A stretch of DNA of 64,000 bases. Source: Verrucomicrobiota bacterium (GTDB lineage: Bacteria; Verrucomicrobiota; Verrucomicrobiia; Limisphaerales; AAA164-E04). Every line of letters begins with the position of its first letter. Position 1 is the stretch's first letter. Under the pieces are notes generated by a model that worked only from the letters and a program-made list of their open reading frames with translations, was not told where the DNA came from and ran no database searches. The DNA lies in contig CP170459.1 of the NCBI GenBank assembly GCA_047947115.1, forward strand, positions 2,976,001 through 3,040,000, read 5' to 3'. Shown one piece after another: positions 30,069-40,111 of the stretch. The translations under genes were made by a program, and so were the position numbers.

Positions 30069-31320
30069 TTCAAAGTCTGTTTCAACGTTGGAAAAGTGGT
30101 TTCGTCAGCAGCTGTTTCGCAAGCTGGAAAGCCTCGCTGTCGGCCAGCTTACTATCCACGATTGGGAGGGATCCCAATCGTTTCAGGGCAGTATGGAAGG
30201 TCCGAGTGCTGTCATTCAGGTGACTGACCCCACTTTTTATACCTCCATTAGTTTGAGAGGAAGTCTTGGCGCGGCCGAATCTTACATGGCTGGCCTCTGG
30301 CATGCTGACAGTCTGGTAAAGGTGGTGCGCATACTTGTCTTGAATCAGGATCTTCTTCAGGGATTTGAAGGCGGGCTGGCGTCAGTTCAGAAAATCGCCG
30401 GAGCTGTCTACCATTTTGCGAGGCAGAATTCCATCAAGGGCAGCAAACGCAACATTGCTGCCCATTACGATCTCAGCAATGAGATGTTCGAGTTGTTTCT
30501 CGACAAATCCATGATGTATTCATGCGCGTATTACGAGAAGCACGATTCCTCTCTCGAAGAAGCCCAGTTCGCAAAACTCGACCTCATTTGCCGAAAATTG
30601 AATCTCAACAGAAATGATCACGTCATCGAAATCGGAGCCGGATGGGGAGGCTTCGCCATTCATGCGGCCAAGCGGTATGGCTGCAGGATCACCACTACGA
30701 CAATTTCTGAGGAGCAATACACCTTTGCCAGGGCACGCATTGTGGCCGAAGGCCTTGAAGACCAGATCAAACTCCTCAGGGAAGATTATCGGCACCTGGA
30801 AGGTAAATTCTCCAAACTGGTATCCATCGAAATGATTGAAGCGGTAGGGCATCAGTACCTTGACGATTACATGGCAAAATGTGCTTCTCTCTTGAAGCAA
30901 AACGGATGCGGGCTCATTCAGGCCATTACCATCAATGATCAGTTTTATGCTCGAGCGCTGAAGGAAGTTGATTTCATTAAAAAATACATATTCCCGGGAA
31001 GTTTCATTCCTTCGATATCCGCGATCCTTGAAAGCGCCAAGAAGAGATCGGACCTGAGACTTTATAACCTGGAGGATTTGACGCCTCACTACGCCAGAAC
31101 CTTGTCTGATTGGCGGCAAAGGTTTCTCGAAAACTCGGGCAAATTAAGATCCATGGGATTTGACGAAAGATTCATAAAAATGTGGGATTATTACTTTTGT
31201 TATTGTATCGGGGGCTTTGAGGAGCGCTCGATTGGCAATTGCCACCTTATTTTTGGCAAGCCCGATTATCGGGGGGACTTGACTCAGCACATTGAATGGA
31301 AGAAAGGGGAGCAATCATGA
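30040..31320 (+). CDS. Cyclopropane-fatty-acyl-phospholipid synthase family methyltransferase (UfaM-like)
   Basis: NIAAHYDLSN, MMYSCA, EIGAGWG, SIEMIEAVG and YIFPG. Confidence 0.92.
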   Translation: MSHQIRTLTNSKSVSTLEKWFRQQLFRKLESLAVGQLTIHDWEGSQSFQGSMEGPSAVIQVTDPTFYTSISLRGSLGAAESYMAGLWHADSLVKVVRILVLNQDLLQGFEGGLASVQKIAGAVYHFARQNSIKGSKRNIAAHYDLSNEMFELFLDKSMMYSCAYYEKHDSSLEEAQFAKLDLICRKLNLNRNDHVIEIGAGWGGFAIHAAKRYGCRITTTTISEEQYTFARARIVAEGLEDQIKLLREDYRHLEGKFSKLVSIEMIEAVGHQYLDDYMAKCASLLKQNGCGLIQAITINDQFYARALKEVDFIKKYIFPGSFIPSISAILESAKKRSDLRLYNLEDLTPHYARTLSDWRQRFLENSGKLRSMGFDERFIKMWDYYFCYCIGGFEERSIGNCHLIFGKPDYRGDLTQHIEWKKGEQS

Positions 31321-32348
31321 GCAAGGCTATTGCATGGGCAGAACAGGGACGCTTACCAGATGCGGTCGTGAAGTACGGGATCAGAAGATTATTGTTGCAG
31401 CGAATCAATGAACTGCCTGCGGATCCGTCAATGCAACTGCAGCAGTACACGTCCGATTTGATCCGGGAACTGAAACATTCACCGATTGCACTTGAAACCA
31501 AGGCCGCCAATCAACAGCACTACGAAGTCCCATCGCAATTTTTCAAACTGTCATTGGGCAAGCACTTGAAATACAGTTCTGCTTATTATGACAAAGGGGC
31601 AGAGAATCTGGATCAAGCTGAGGAGCACATGTTGGCTCTGACGGCAGAAAGGGCCGAAATTCATGATGGCATGAAAATCATGGACCTCGGGTGTGGTTGG
31701 GGATCCTTCTCACTTTGGGCAGCAGGCAAATTCCCCGGGTGCACATTCAAGTCTGTTTCGAACTCCTCTTCCCAAAGGGAATACATCGAAAGCCAGGCGG
31801 CAGCCCGCGGATTAAAAAATATAGAGGTCATCACTGCTGATATGAACAGTTTTGATGTGGACGAAACGTTCGATCGGATTGTCTCGGTTGAAATGTTCGA
31901 ACACATGCGGAACTATGAGAAGCTGATGGCAAAAACCAGCGGGTGGCTGAAGCCGGATGGCAGGTTGTTTGTTCATATTTTCTGCCACAAGACAACCCCC
32001 TACTATTTTGAAACGGCTGGGGATGACAACTGGATGGGAGCGCATTTCTTTACCGGTGGCATCATGCCCAGCGATCATCTGCTGCTTTACTTCCAGGACC
32101 ACATGGCCATCGATCAGCATTGGGTTGTCAATGGAACGAACTATCAGAAGACTTCTCTCGCCTGGCTTGAGAACACCGACAAACATAAGCAGGAAATCAT
32201 CGATTTGTTCGAGAAAACCTATGGCACGGGCAAAGGCAACCTTTGGTATCAGCGATGGAGGATTTTCTACCTTTCGTGTGCGGAACTTTTTGGATTTCGC
32301 AGAGGCAGGGAATGGTGGGTTTCCCACTACTTGTTCAAAAAACGTTAA
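31317..32348 (+). CDS. Second CFA-like SAM-dependent methyltransferase
   Basis: ANQQHYEVP, DLGCGWGS, SVEMFEHMRNY and FFTGGIMPS. Confidence 0.88.
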   Translation: MSKAIAWAEQGRLPDAVVKYGIRRLLLQRINELPADPSMQLQQYTSDLIRELKHSPIALETKAANQQHYEVPSQFFKLSLGKHLKYSSAYYDKGAENLDQAEEHMLALTAERAEIHDGMKIMDLGCGWGSFSLWAAGKFPGCTFKSVSNSSSQREYIESQAAARGLKNIEVITADMNSFDVDETFDRIVSVEMFEHMRNYEKLMAKTSGWLKPDGRLFVHIFCHKTTPYYFETAGDDNWMGAHFFTGGIMPSDHLLLYFQDHMAIDQHWVVNGTNYQKTSLAWLENTDKHKQEIIDLFEKTYGTGKGNLWYQRWRIFYLSCAELFGFRRGREWWVSHYLFKKR

Positions 32349-32363
32349 ACCCGGGCACACTGA

Positions 32364-33173
32364 TTGAATTATTCTAACCTTACTTCAGGAATCGTCGCCA
32401 TCATTCTGTTTCAGACGATATTGTGGCTGATCAGTCTGCGCAAAAAGGATGCGAGTATTGTCGACTCCTTTTGGGGAATGCTTTTTGTTCTCCTTGCGGG
32501 GACCTACATGGCTTCCAGCGGGGTCGCTTCGGGAAGAAGCGTCCTTGTCATTATCTTGGTCACAATCTGGGCTAGCCGGCTCTCCCTCCATATACATTCA
32601 CGAAATCATGGCAAAGGTGAAGATTATCGCTACGAGGCAATGCGGCGGGAACATGGCCCAGGCAAGTTCTGGTGGTACAGCTACATCAGCGTGTTTCTTT
32701 TGCAGGGCGGACTGGCTGTTCTGGTAAGCATGCCATTACTGGCAATCATGTCATCTCCGGGCGAAACATGGAACATATTGGATCTGCTGGGATTGGGCCT
32801 CTGGGTGTTTGGTTTTTATTTTGAGGCTGTCTCGGATCATCAACTTGTGACATTCAAATCAAACCCGGAGAACAAAGGCAAGTTGCTTACCAGAGGACTA
32901 TGGGCCTATACCCGTCACCCGAATTACTTTGGTGACACGGTCGTCTGGTGGTCTTACTTTGTCTTTGCCTTGGCTGCAGGGCATTGGTGGTCATTCCCTG
33001 GCTCCTTGGTAATGACTCTCTTCATCTTCCATGTCAGCGGAGTAAAACTATTGGAAAAAAGCCTCACCCGTTCTAAACCGGGTTATGAGGATTACATCCG
33101 CCAGACTCCGGCGTTCGTACCCAATCTCAATCCCATGTTGCGTGATTTTAAACATTGGCTGAAGAGCCTATGA
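32364..33173 (+). CDS. DUF1295 (steroid 5-alpha-reductase-like) membrane protein
   Basis: SIVDSFWG, GEDYRY and GLWAYTRHPNYFG. The TTG start is uncertain. Confidence 0.88.
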   Translation: MNYSNLTSGIVAIILFQTILWLISLRKKDASIVDSFWGMLFVLLAGTYMASSGVASGRSVLVIILVTIWASRLSLHIHSRNHGKGEDYRYEAMRREHGPGKFWWYSYISVFLLQGGLAVLVSMPLLAIMSSPGETWNILDLLGLGLWVFGFYFEAVSDHQLVTFKSNPENKGKLLTRGLWAYTRHPNYFGDTVVWWSYFVFALAAGHWWSFPGSLVMTLFIFHVSGVKLLEKSLTRSKPGYEDYIRQTPAFVPNLNPMLRDFKHWLKSL

Positions 33174-34510
33174 TCATTGGCCCACAAAAGCTTCTGACTC
33201 GCCCTCAGAGAATGGGCTACGGGATGGCTGAATTCGGCATCACGGGATCCGAGGTGCTTGTCCGGATTGGTCTGCTGATTTTTTACACGAACGCTGTCGG
33301 GTTAAGACCCGATCTCGCCGGTTATGCAATAGCGCTGAGCGTCTTTTGGGATGCGATGACCGATCCCATCATGGGAAAAATCAGCGATCATTTCCCTTAT
33401 AAAGGTCAAAGACGACGTCCCTTCATCGCCCTGGGTTCATTGATGCTTTCTGTAAGTCTGCTGGCCCTTTTCAACCCTCCGAAGATCGAAGGTCAGGCAG
33501 GTAAATTTTTCTACCTCTTGATAAGCTATATGTTCTTTAACACCTCCATGACCGTCATCGCAGTGCCACACTCGGCCTTTGCCGGTGATCTTACCCACAA
33601 CGAGGAAGAAAGGACTGAACTCTTTGGGTGGCGACTGTTCTTTGCGAATGCGGGCCTGATTCTTGGTTCAGTCATTCCGGGCATTGCATTAGCAGTCTTT
33701 GCCTTGGAATCATCACAGGCGGATCAGGTTGCCTGCTTTGTCATTGTCGGATTCATTATCATCTCCTCAACAGTCACTCTCATTGTTACCAAGGGCCGGG
33801 ACAAACCACCGCCTCGGCAAAAATCCCCACCCTTGTTTGAAGGAATTTTTCATTCCGTCAGGCAACGTAATTTCCAAAAACTGATACTGGCTTATTTCAT
33901 CGCCAACATCGGACTTTCGCTGAATTCAGCACTTGCGCTCTACTATTACAACTACTCTCTCAAACTACCGGAAACACAAACCCGCTTGATCATTGCTGTA
34001 TTCATCATGGTATTTACCATTTGCATTCCGCTGTGGATCGTTCAGACAAAGAAAACATCCAAGACTGCACTGATTTTCTGGAACATACTGGGTTTGGGGT
34101 TGATGACATGCGTCGGGTACCCGCTTTTTCCCGCAGAGAATTCGAATTGGCCGTTGATTGCCGCCATTTTGGGAGGCTTCTTCATTGCGGTCGTCGTTCT
34201 GCTGGACGTTGCCGTCGCTGATGAAGTAGATCGTGATGTGGAGGGAGAACGAGACGCTTTTGGAGCATACTTCGGTTTATGGAAAATGGCAGGTAAAGTC
34301 GCACGAGCTTTTGCGCTGGCAGCGTCCGGGCAACTACTGCATTGGATTCAGTTTGTTCCCAATGCCACGCAAACCGAACATACCTCCAGAATGTTGAGAT
34401 ATCTATTCGGTCCCGGAGTGGGGGGATTTCTGATATTGGCAGCCTTTTTGATGCTGACTTACAAGGATAAAGCATTCCATTCAGAACCTTCACAATTCAA
34501 GCCAAGATGA
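33170..34510 (+). CDS. MFS transporter, GPH/MelB-like
   Basis: WDAMTDPIMGKISD, GQRRRPF, ERTEL; about 12 transmembrane segments. Confidence 0.88.
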   Translation: MIIGPQKLLTRPQRMGYGMAEFGITGSEVLVRIGLLIFYTNAVGLRPDLAGYAIALSVFWDAMTDPIMGKISDHFPYKGQRRRPFIALGSLMLSVSLLALFNPPKIEGQAGKFFYLLISYMFFNTSMTVIAVPHSAFAGDLTHNEEERTELFGWRLFFANAGLILGSVIPGIALAVFALESSQADQVACFVIVGFIIISSTVTLIVTKGRDKPPPRQKSPPLFEGIFHSVRQRNFQKLILAYFIANIGLSLNSALALYYYNYSLKLPETQTRLIIAVFIMVFTICIPLWIVQTKKTSKTALIFWNILGLGLMTCVGYPLFPAENSNWPLIAAILGGFFIAVVVLLDVAVADEVDRDVEGERDAFGAYFGLWKMAGKVARAFALAASGQLLHWIQFVPNATQTEHTSRMLRYLFGPGVGGFLILAAFLMLTYKDKAFHSEPSQFKPR

Positions 34511-34824
34511 TATGTTTGGTGCATTATTTGAGTCTGCTGATGGAACGAAAGCGTTTAATAAACCCCATAGGGCAAAATGCCACAAGGTGGGGGTGGTATT
34601 TGAGTGAGCTGAAAACCCGAAAATTGGGCTTTGGTTTCCTGATTGGTGTCTCCATGCCAGCGGTGTCAGATTACTGAGATCTTGCCCCCGCCCACCAATG
34701 GAACTAAACAACAATCAAGTGCCGCATTTTTCAACTGCCCCCCGCTGCACTTTTCGGCCGCCCTTCACAGCAACAACATCAAGCCAATCTAGTGCAGCAG
34801 CCAATTACTTCTCCGACCGCCCCA

Positions 34825-34890
34825 AATATTTGGCAATTATTTGGTTTTCGACCATAGCGCACCAGAGTGCGCCACAGCAGACCACAAACT
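34825..34890. repeat. Integrase arm-type repeat cluster (left)
   Basis: AATATTTGG and CAATTATTTGG, then ACCA/GCCA at exact 10-bp spacing (34851, 34861, 34871, 34881). Confidence 0.5.
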
Positions 34891-34972
34891 TGGTTGTAAT
34901 TGCAATGCGGTGCGAAAGTTTCTGGGAGCCAGATGGTTTTTGGGCCAAAAAGGGGCTAAAATCGAAGAAAAT

Positions 34973-35306
<334 letters not shown>

Positions 35307-35325
35307 TGGAATTAACGAAGAAAAT

Positions 35326-35372
35326 TGGTTGCGGGGACAGGATTTGAACCTGTGACCTTCAGGTTATGAGCC
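35326..35372 (-). other. 3' half of tRNA-fMet, serving as the prophage att junction
   Basis: GGCTCATAACCTGAAGGTCACAGGTTCAAATCCTGTCCCCGCAACCA on the minus strand. Similarity to tRNA stops just 5' of the anticodon loop, about 135 bp from the integrase start. Confidence 0.85.
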
Positions 35373-35406
35373 GATAGCTGTAGACCTAATAACCAGTCGG
35401 TTATAC

Positions 35407-35486
35407 AATATTTGGATCAATTATTTGGTAATTGTTTGGTTTGGGGGATATAATGCACCAGAACGCACCACACTGCACCAGAGCGC
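35407..35486. repeat. Integrase arm-type repeat cluster (right)
   Basis: AATATTTGG, CAATTATTTGG and AATTGTTTGG, then GCACCA at 35455, 35465 and 35475. Confidence 0.55.
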
Positions 35487-35507
35487 GTTACAAACTAAAA
35501 AAAACCG

Positions 35508-36806
35508 ATGTGCCTAGAAATTAGAAAGTCCAGCAAGTGGTGGTACGGGGTCTTCCGTATCAACGGCGAGAGGACCGTTATTAACCTGCGAGTCCCCATT
35601 ACCGGCAAGCGACCGCCTAAGCGCACCATGCTGGGTGATGACGAGTTTGAGCGGTCACGAGGGAGGGCGCAGCAGGCGTATGAAAAGCAATTCGAGCAGA
35701 TAGAATCCGACCGGACTGGGCAGAAGGCCGTCGCCAAGCTGGCCGAAATGAAGACCGGCAAAGTGGTAGCTTTCCCGGCCCTTGCTGAATTGCCATTGAA
35801 CTGGGATACGATCCCCAGACGCAAGCCCCCGTCCGAGCGATACCGGAACCAATGTCGACTTACTCTGGAACGATTTGCCAAGTATGTCACCAATCACCAA
35901 AAGGGAGCGGTTGAATTTGTTGCCGTCACTCCAAAGACGGCGAAGGATTTCATGGCTGCCGAGGAAGCACGCGGCATCAGTCCGAAGACTTGGAACGACA
36001 CCCTCAAACTGCTTCGGACCACCTTCAAGCATCTTCACCCAAGTTTGAACGATGGGAGTAACCCGTTCCACGGTCTGATTACCAAGGCAACGGAAACCAT
36101 TAACCGAATCCCGTTTACCGTCGAGCAACTCAAAGCAATAACGGAAGCCTGCACCGATGACGACATGATCCGCCCCGTCATCATTACGGGAATGTGTACT
36201 GCAATGCGGCGTGGTGATTGTTGCTTGCTTAAATGGTGCGATGTAGATCTGACCGCCGGATTCCTGACCGTCAAAACAGCCAAGACCGGTCAGACAGTGG
36301 ATATTCCGATTTTCCCCATGCTCAGAGAGGAGCTGAACAAGGCAATGACGGCAACTGCCGGCAAAGGATACTGTTTCCCTGATGCCGCGCTGATGTATCA
36401 ATCCAATTCTGACGGCATCACCTGGCGGGTGAAAAAGGTTTTGGCTCAGGCCCTGGAAGGCCAATCTTTGCAAGTCGCACGGAAGACTGGGAAAAGAAAA
36501 GCATCAGTTCATGACTTCCATTCCTTCCGGGTGACGTGGATCACGTTGGCTCTAGCATCCGGAGTCCCCCTGGAATTGGTTCAGCGTGTCACCGGCCACC
36601 GGACTGTTGAAGTCGTCATGAAGCACTACTTCAAACCTGGGCGGGAGGATTTCCGACAGGCTCTCCTTAAAAGCATGCCTCAAATGATGAGTGAAAAGGC
36701 GAGCGGTTCGGTCAAAGAGGAGATTCGTGCAATTTTGGAGAAAATGACTATTCAATCACTGGAGCTTGATAAACGGAAGTTGCTTGAACTTATTGATATG
36801 GTATAG
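35508..36806 (+). CDS. int: Tyrosine recombinase/phage integrase
   Basis: Catalytic set R (TAMRRGD), K (KTAKT), HxxR (HSFR), H (TGH) and Y (MKHY); next to att. Confidence 0.95.
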   Translation: MCLEIRKSSKWWYGVFRINGERTVINLRVPITGKRPPKRTMLGDDEFERSRGRAQQAYEKQFEQIESDRTGQKAVAKLAEMKTGKVVAFPALAELPLNWDTIPRRKPPSERYRNQCRLTLERFAKYVTNHQKGAVEFVAVTPKTAKDFMAAEEARGISPKTWNDTLKLLRTTFKHLHPSLNDGSNPFHGLITKATETINRIPFTVEQLKAITEACTDDDMIRPVIITGMCTAMRRGDCCLLKWCDVDLTAGFLTVKTAKTGQTVDIPIFPMLREELNKAMTATAGKGYCFPDAALMYQSNSDGITWRVKKVLAQALEGQSLQVARKTGKRKASVHDFHSFRVTWITLALASGVPLELVQRVTGHRTVEVVMKHYFKPGREDFRQALLKSMPQMMSEKASGSVKEEIRAILEKMTIQSLELDKRKLLELIDMV

Positions 36807-36851
36807 TGAGCAGATTCCCGAGGTTATTGTCAAAAAGGAGAGAGTATCACC

Positions 36852-37583
36852 ATGACTAAAGTAATCACAGCATTTCTCGCGATCATCATTCTGACCCCAG
36901 AAGCAGAAGCGGAGGATCTTCTGCGTTTCAAAAGTAAGTTTCTAGGGGATGGAGTCTTCGAATACGAACTGGATTTTCCTGATGACCGATTTATCGATTT
37001 CGTGAATTTCGATTCTGTGGATTTTAGTGGATGGCAGAGTGGAATCATACTTGATTCCGAGTTTGCAGATAAATGGAGCGAAACCACAAGAGGCTGGCGC
37101 CATGATCCTATTATTTGGGAGACGGTCCCATATGCATCTAAGTTTCGATTGAAAGCAAACTCTGATGCATACCAGGTTTCTAACGTTACAATTGTCTTCA
37201 CTTATCATATGTACCCTTGGGCGGCTCTGGACGGACTTCCAAACAGTATGGAGACACCGCCGAAAACCCGGCTATATGTCAATATGCCTTGCCTGATTCC
37301 CTGTCAGCCGTCAGTGGCAGACGATTCACCTCCAGAACAGATTGCTACTTCACCGGGTTTCACAGACGTAAGAATAGATAGCCTAATCTTCACAAGAGGC
37401 AGACCAACGGGCATTAAATTTGAGGCGCACAATGGAATGCCTGTAAAAATTGAAACAAGCAATGATCTCGACAATTGGGAGAACATAGGTAACACAAAGG
37501 GAACAAGGGGACTAACCACTTGGCATTTCGCTCGTCCAAGCGATGCGGAGAATCAATTCTTTCGCGTTGTTGTTGGGCCATGA
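36852..37583 (+). CDS. Secreted hypothetical protein (prophage cargo)
   Basis: Signal peptide ending AEA; C-terminal IETSNDLDNW...QFFRV; AT-richer than phage core genes. Confidence 0.7.
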   Translation: MTKVITAFLAIIILTPEAEAEDLLRFKSKFLGDGVFEYELDFPDDRFIDFVNFDSVDFSGWQSGIILDSEFADKWSETTRGWRHDPIIWETVPYASKFRLKANSDAYQVSNVTIVFTYHMYPWAALDGLPNSMETPPKTRLYVNMPCLIPCQPSVADDSPPEQIATSPGFTDVRIDSLIFTRGRPTGIKFEAHNGMPVKIETSNDLDNWENIGNTKGTRGLTTWHFARPSDAENQFFRVVVGP

Positions 37584-37662
37584 CCATTGTGAATTAAACC
37601 CATGCGAGCTTGTGCGAAGATTCCTAGTTCGTGCTTTCGGAACCACTAAATGGTTTACCCAC

Positions 37663-37719
37663 TGTTAAAAATTTAACAAACAGCTTGACCTTGCGGTGGT
37701 TTCTGTTAAATTTTTAGCA
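37663..37719 (+). promoter_or_regulatory. Promoter with two palindromic operators for the BlaI-like repressor
   Basis: TGTTAAA-AA-TTTAACA (37663-37678) and TGTTAAA-TT-TTTAGCA (37704-37719) flank TTGACC (37685). The second operator overlaps TGtTAAATT. Confidence 0.7.
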
Positions 37720-37726
37720 ATTAGTC

Positions 37727-38110
37727 ATGAATCTCGATTTCCAATTATCCAAACGTGAAAGACAAATCATGGAGATTTTGCTTTCCCAACCGTCAGCTAC
37801 AGCAGCCGATATTCGATTTTTAATGCCGGAGGCCCCCAGCGATTCGGCTGTCAGAACCCATCTCCGTATATTGGTTGAAAAGGGATATGCACAGCATCGC
37901 AAAGAGGGAAACAAATTTGTTTATTCGGCAAAAGTCTCCAAGAACAAGGCACGGAAATCTGCCCTTCAAAGAATTCTGACTACTTTTTTCGGTGGATCTG
38001 TGGACACAGCTGTAACGGCCTTGTTGGATGTTTCAGACACGCAACTGTCAAAGGCTGAAATAAACCAAATTCAGGGAATCATCGACAAAGCCAAAAAGAG
38101 AGGTAAGTGA
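37727..38110 (+). CDS. BlaI/MecI/CopY family repressor
   Basis: LSKRERQIMEIL, SAVRTHLRILVEKG, FVY and TFFGGS. Confidence 0.92.
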   Translation: MNLDFQLSKRERQIMEILLSQPSATAADIRFLMPEAPSDSAVRTHLRILVEKGYAQHRKEGNKFVYSAKVSKNKARKSALQRILTTFFGGSVDTAVTALLDVSDTQLSKAEINQIQGIIDKAKKRGK

Positions 38111-38111
38111 T

Positions 38112-40028
38112 ATGGAATTCAATACGCTATTGATTCACTGGGAGTGGAAGGGAATCGTTTTACTCACTCTGTCCGCCTGTTTTCTCTGGAGCATGCGAAG
38201 GCGTTCGGCACGCCAACGACATCTCTTTCTTTTTTCGGCACTTCTTTCCCTATTGTTGATTCCGGTGGCTCATCGCTGGTTTTCGAACACCACTTCAAGT
38301 CGATTTCAAATCATCCTCCCTTCAGGATGGGAGCAAGTAGAAGATACATTTCAGATCGGTGTCGATACATTGCGATACAGGAATACCACAGACCATGTTC
38401 AACGTGATGACGATTCAGCAATGGTAAATGGTAATACGAACATCGAACCAAATACTGGAAATGCTCCTTATTCGGTATTTCGAATTTCCGATCTGAGATG
38501 GGATATTTTTTGGGGGATTGGAGTCATTCTTTTGATGATACGACTTGGATGGCAGCACTTGCAGCTGGCACGATTGATCCTAATATCTCCGGAAATCGAA
38601 GATGACCGATTGAAACGGTTGCTTGAACAGACCGTTCTTGATGTGAGGCTGGGCTCCACCCCGAATATGATCGAAACCACCATGCTTGAGGTGCCCGCAA
38701 CTTGGGGGTGGTTCCGGCCGGTTATTTGCTTACCGGCCGGAGCAAGCAGTTGGTCTTCTGAAATCCTAAAGACGGTATTGGAACATGAATGCTCCCACAT
38801 CAAACGCCGAGATTTCCTTTGCCTACATATTGCCAAGATGATTCGTGCGCTGACTTGGTGCAATCCTCTAAGTTGGTGGGCAATTCGTCGATTGCGCAAT
38901 GACATGGAACTTGCCTGTGACGAACAAATCATCGCCAGGGGCACGTCACCATCGCAATACGCTCAGACGCTGCTCAATATGACTCAATTAACTTCTCGGA
39001 TTCCATCCATCTCAGCTATACCTATGGCATCGAAGTCCAACATTCAAAGTAGGATAGAAGCAGTGGTTGCGAAGGACCAAGGAGCCGACACACGCCGGAT
39101 TCGTAAAGAGTGCGTATACATTGCCGGAGTCGCCATGCTTGCTTTGTTCATTGGATGTCAGGGCAGCTCTCCAAAACAAACCATGGCCAATGACTCGAAC
39201 ACTCAATCGCAGCTACCGATGTACGAAAACTTTTCCATCGATGCATGGTTTTTCCCGGAGTTTGTGCGTCAGGAGGATGAATTGAACCACTGGCCAGAAG
39301 TTCCACCCCGTGAAGTGCATGCGTTTAGGGCGTTTGGCGTAAAGGGAGTGGCATACTTGATTGAACGATTGGAGGGAAAACCTCTTGAAAGAATCATCAA
39401 ACTTGAATCCGTTCCAGAGGGAGTCAGAGAACGACTCAGAGAACGGGCTAGAAAACAGCAAGAAACAACTAAACGACACACGGCCGCTCGTCTACTGGGT
39501 GACCTTGGCAAGGATGCAACCGAAGCCATTCCATATCTGGAGGAGGCGGCCAATGATGAAGATTGGTTGCTTAGAGTAGGAGCCAAAGTTGCGTTAATGA
39601 AAATTCGAAATGAACCCATTGATCCATTAATTGACGAGCTATCAGCAACCCTCGGGCATCAGCATTGGAACCGAACAGCAATCATGGTAGGTCAGTTTGG
39701 ATCGCAGGCGGAGAAAGCAATTCCCATCCTCTTGGATATGCTTGAGAAACCTGAAACCATGGATGCTCTCGCAATTGATGCTCACGCAATTGATGCTTTG
39801 GGCATGATAGCCGGACAACCAGAAAAATGTGTTCCTGCGATTGCCGAATTTCTGAAGCATCCGTCAACGGCCTGTCGCCAGAAAGCCATCACGGCCTTGA
39901 TGAGCTTTGCAGAACATAACCAACTTGTGTTACCTGCTCTCCAATCTGCGACAAAAGACAAAGATGGATTGGTAAGTTCACGGGCAAAATGGATCATCGG
40001 GATGTTAGAAAAAGGAAACGCAGAGTAA
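38112..40028 (+). CDS. M56 (BlaR1-type) metalloprotease sensor with a C-terminal HEAT-repeat domain
   Basis: PATWGWFRPVICLP, HECSHIKRRD (HExxH), NPLSW and ELACDE; C-terminal R..AA..LG.LG..A..AIP.L repeats. Confidence 0.9.
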   Translation: MEFNTLLIHWEWKGIVLLTLSACFLWSMRRRSARQRHLFLFSALLSLLLIPVAHRWFSNTTSSRFQIILPSGWEQVEDTFQIGVDTLRYRNTTDHVQRDDDSAMVNGNTNIEPNTGNAPYSVFRISDLRWDIFWGIGVILLMIRLGWQHLQLARLILISPEIEDDRLKRLLEQTVLDVRLGSTPNMIETTMLEVPATWGWFRPVICLPAGASSWSSEILKTVLEHECSHIKRRDFLCLHIAKMIRALTWCNPLSWWAIRRLRNDMELACDEQIIARGTSPSQYAQTLLNMTQLTSRIPSISAIPMASKSNIQSRIEAVVAKDQGADTRRIRKECVYIAGVAMLALFIGCQGSSPKQTMANDSNTQSQLPMYENFSIDAWFFPEFVRQEDELNHWPEVPPREVHAFRAFGVKGVAYLIERLEGKPLERIIKLESVPEGVRERLRERARKQQETTKRHTAARLLGDLGKDATEAIPYLEEAANDEDWLLRVGAKVALMKIRNEPIDPLIDELSATLGHQHWNRTAIMVGQFGSQAEKAIPILLDMLEKPETMDALAIDAHAIDALGMIAGQPEKCVPAIAEFLKHPSTACRQKAITALMSFAEHNQLVLPALQSATKDKDGLVSSRAKWIIGMLEKGNAE

Positions 40029-40111
40029 TGTGACCCTTCTTTCTGAAATCGATCCTCCTGTCAATAGTAGAAGCTGACAACGAATTAAACGTAAGTTCCA
40101 TTGTGCGAAGA

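Noticed and set aside
37727..40028. Beta-lactam resistance locus
   Set aside because: No penicillin-binding sensor domain, beta-lactamase or mecA.
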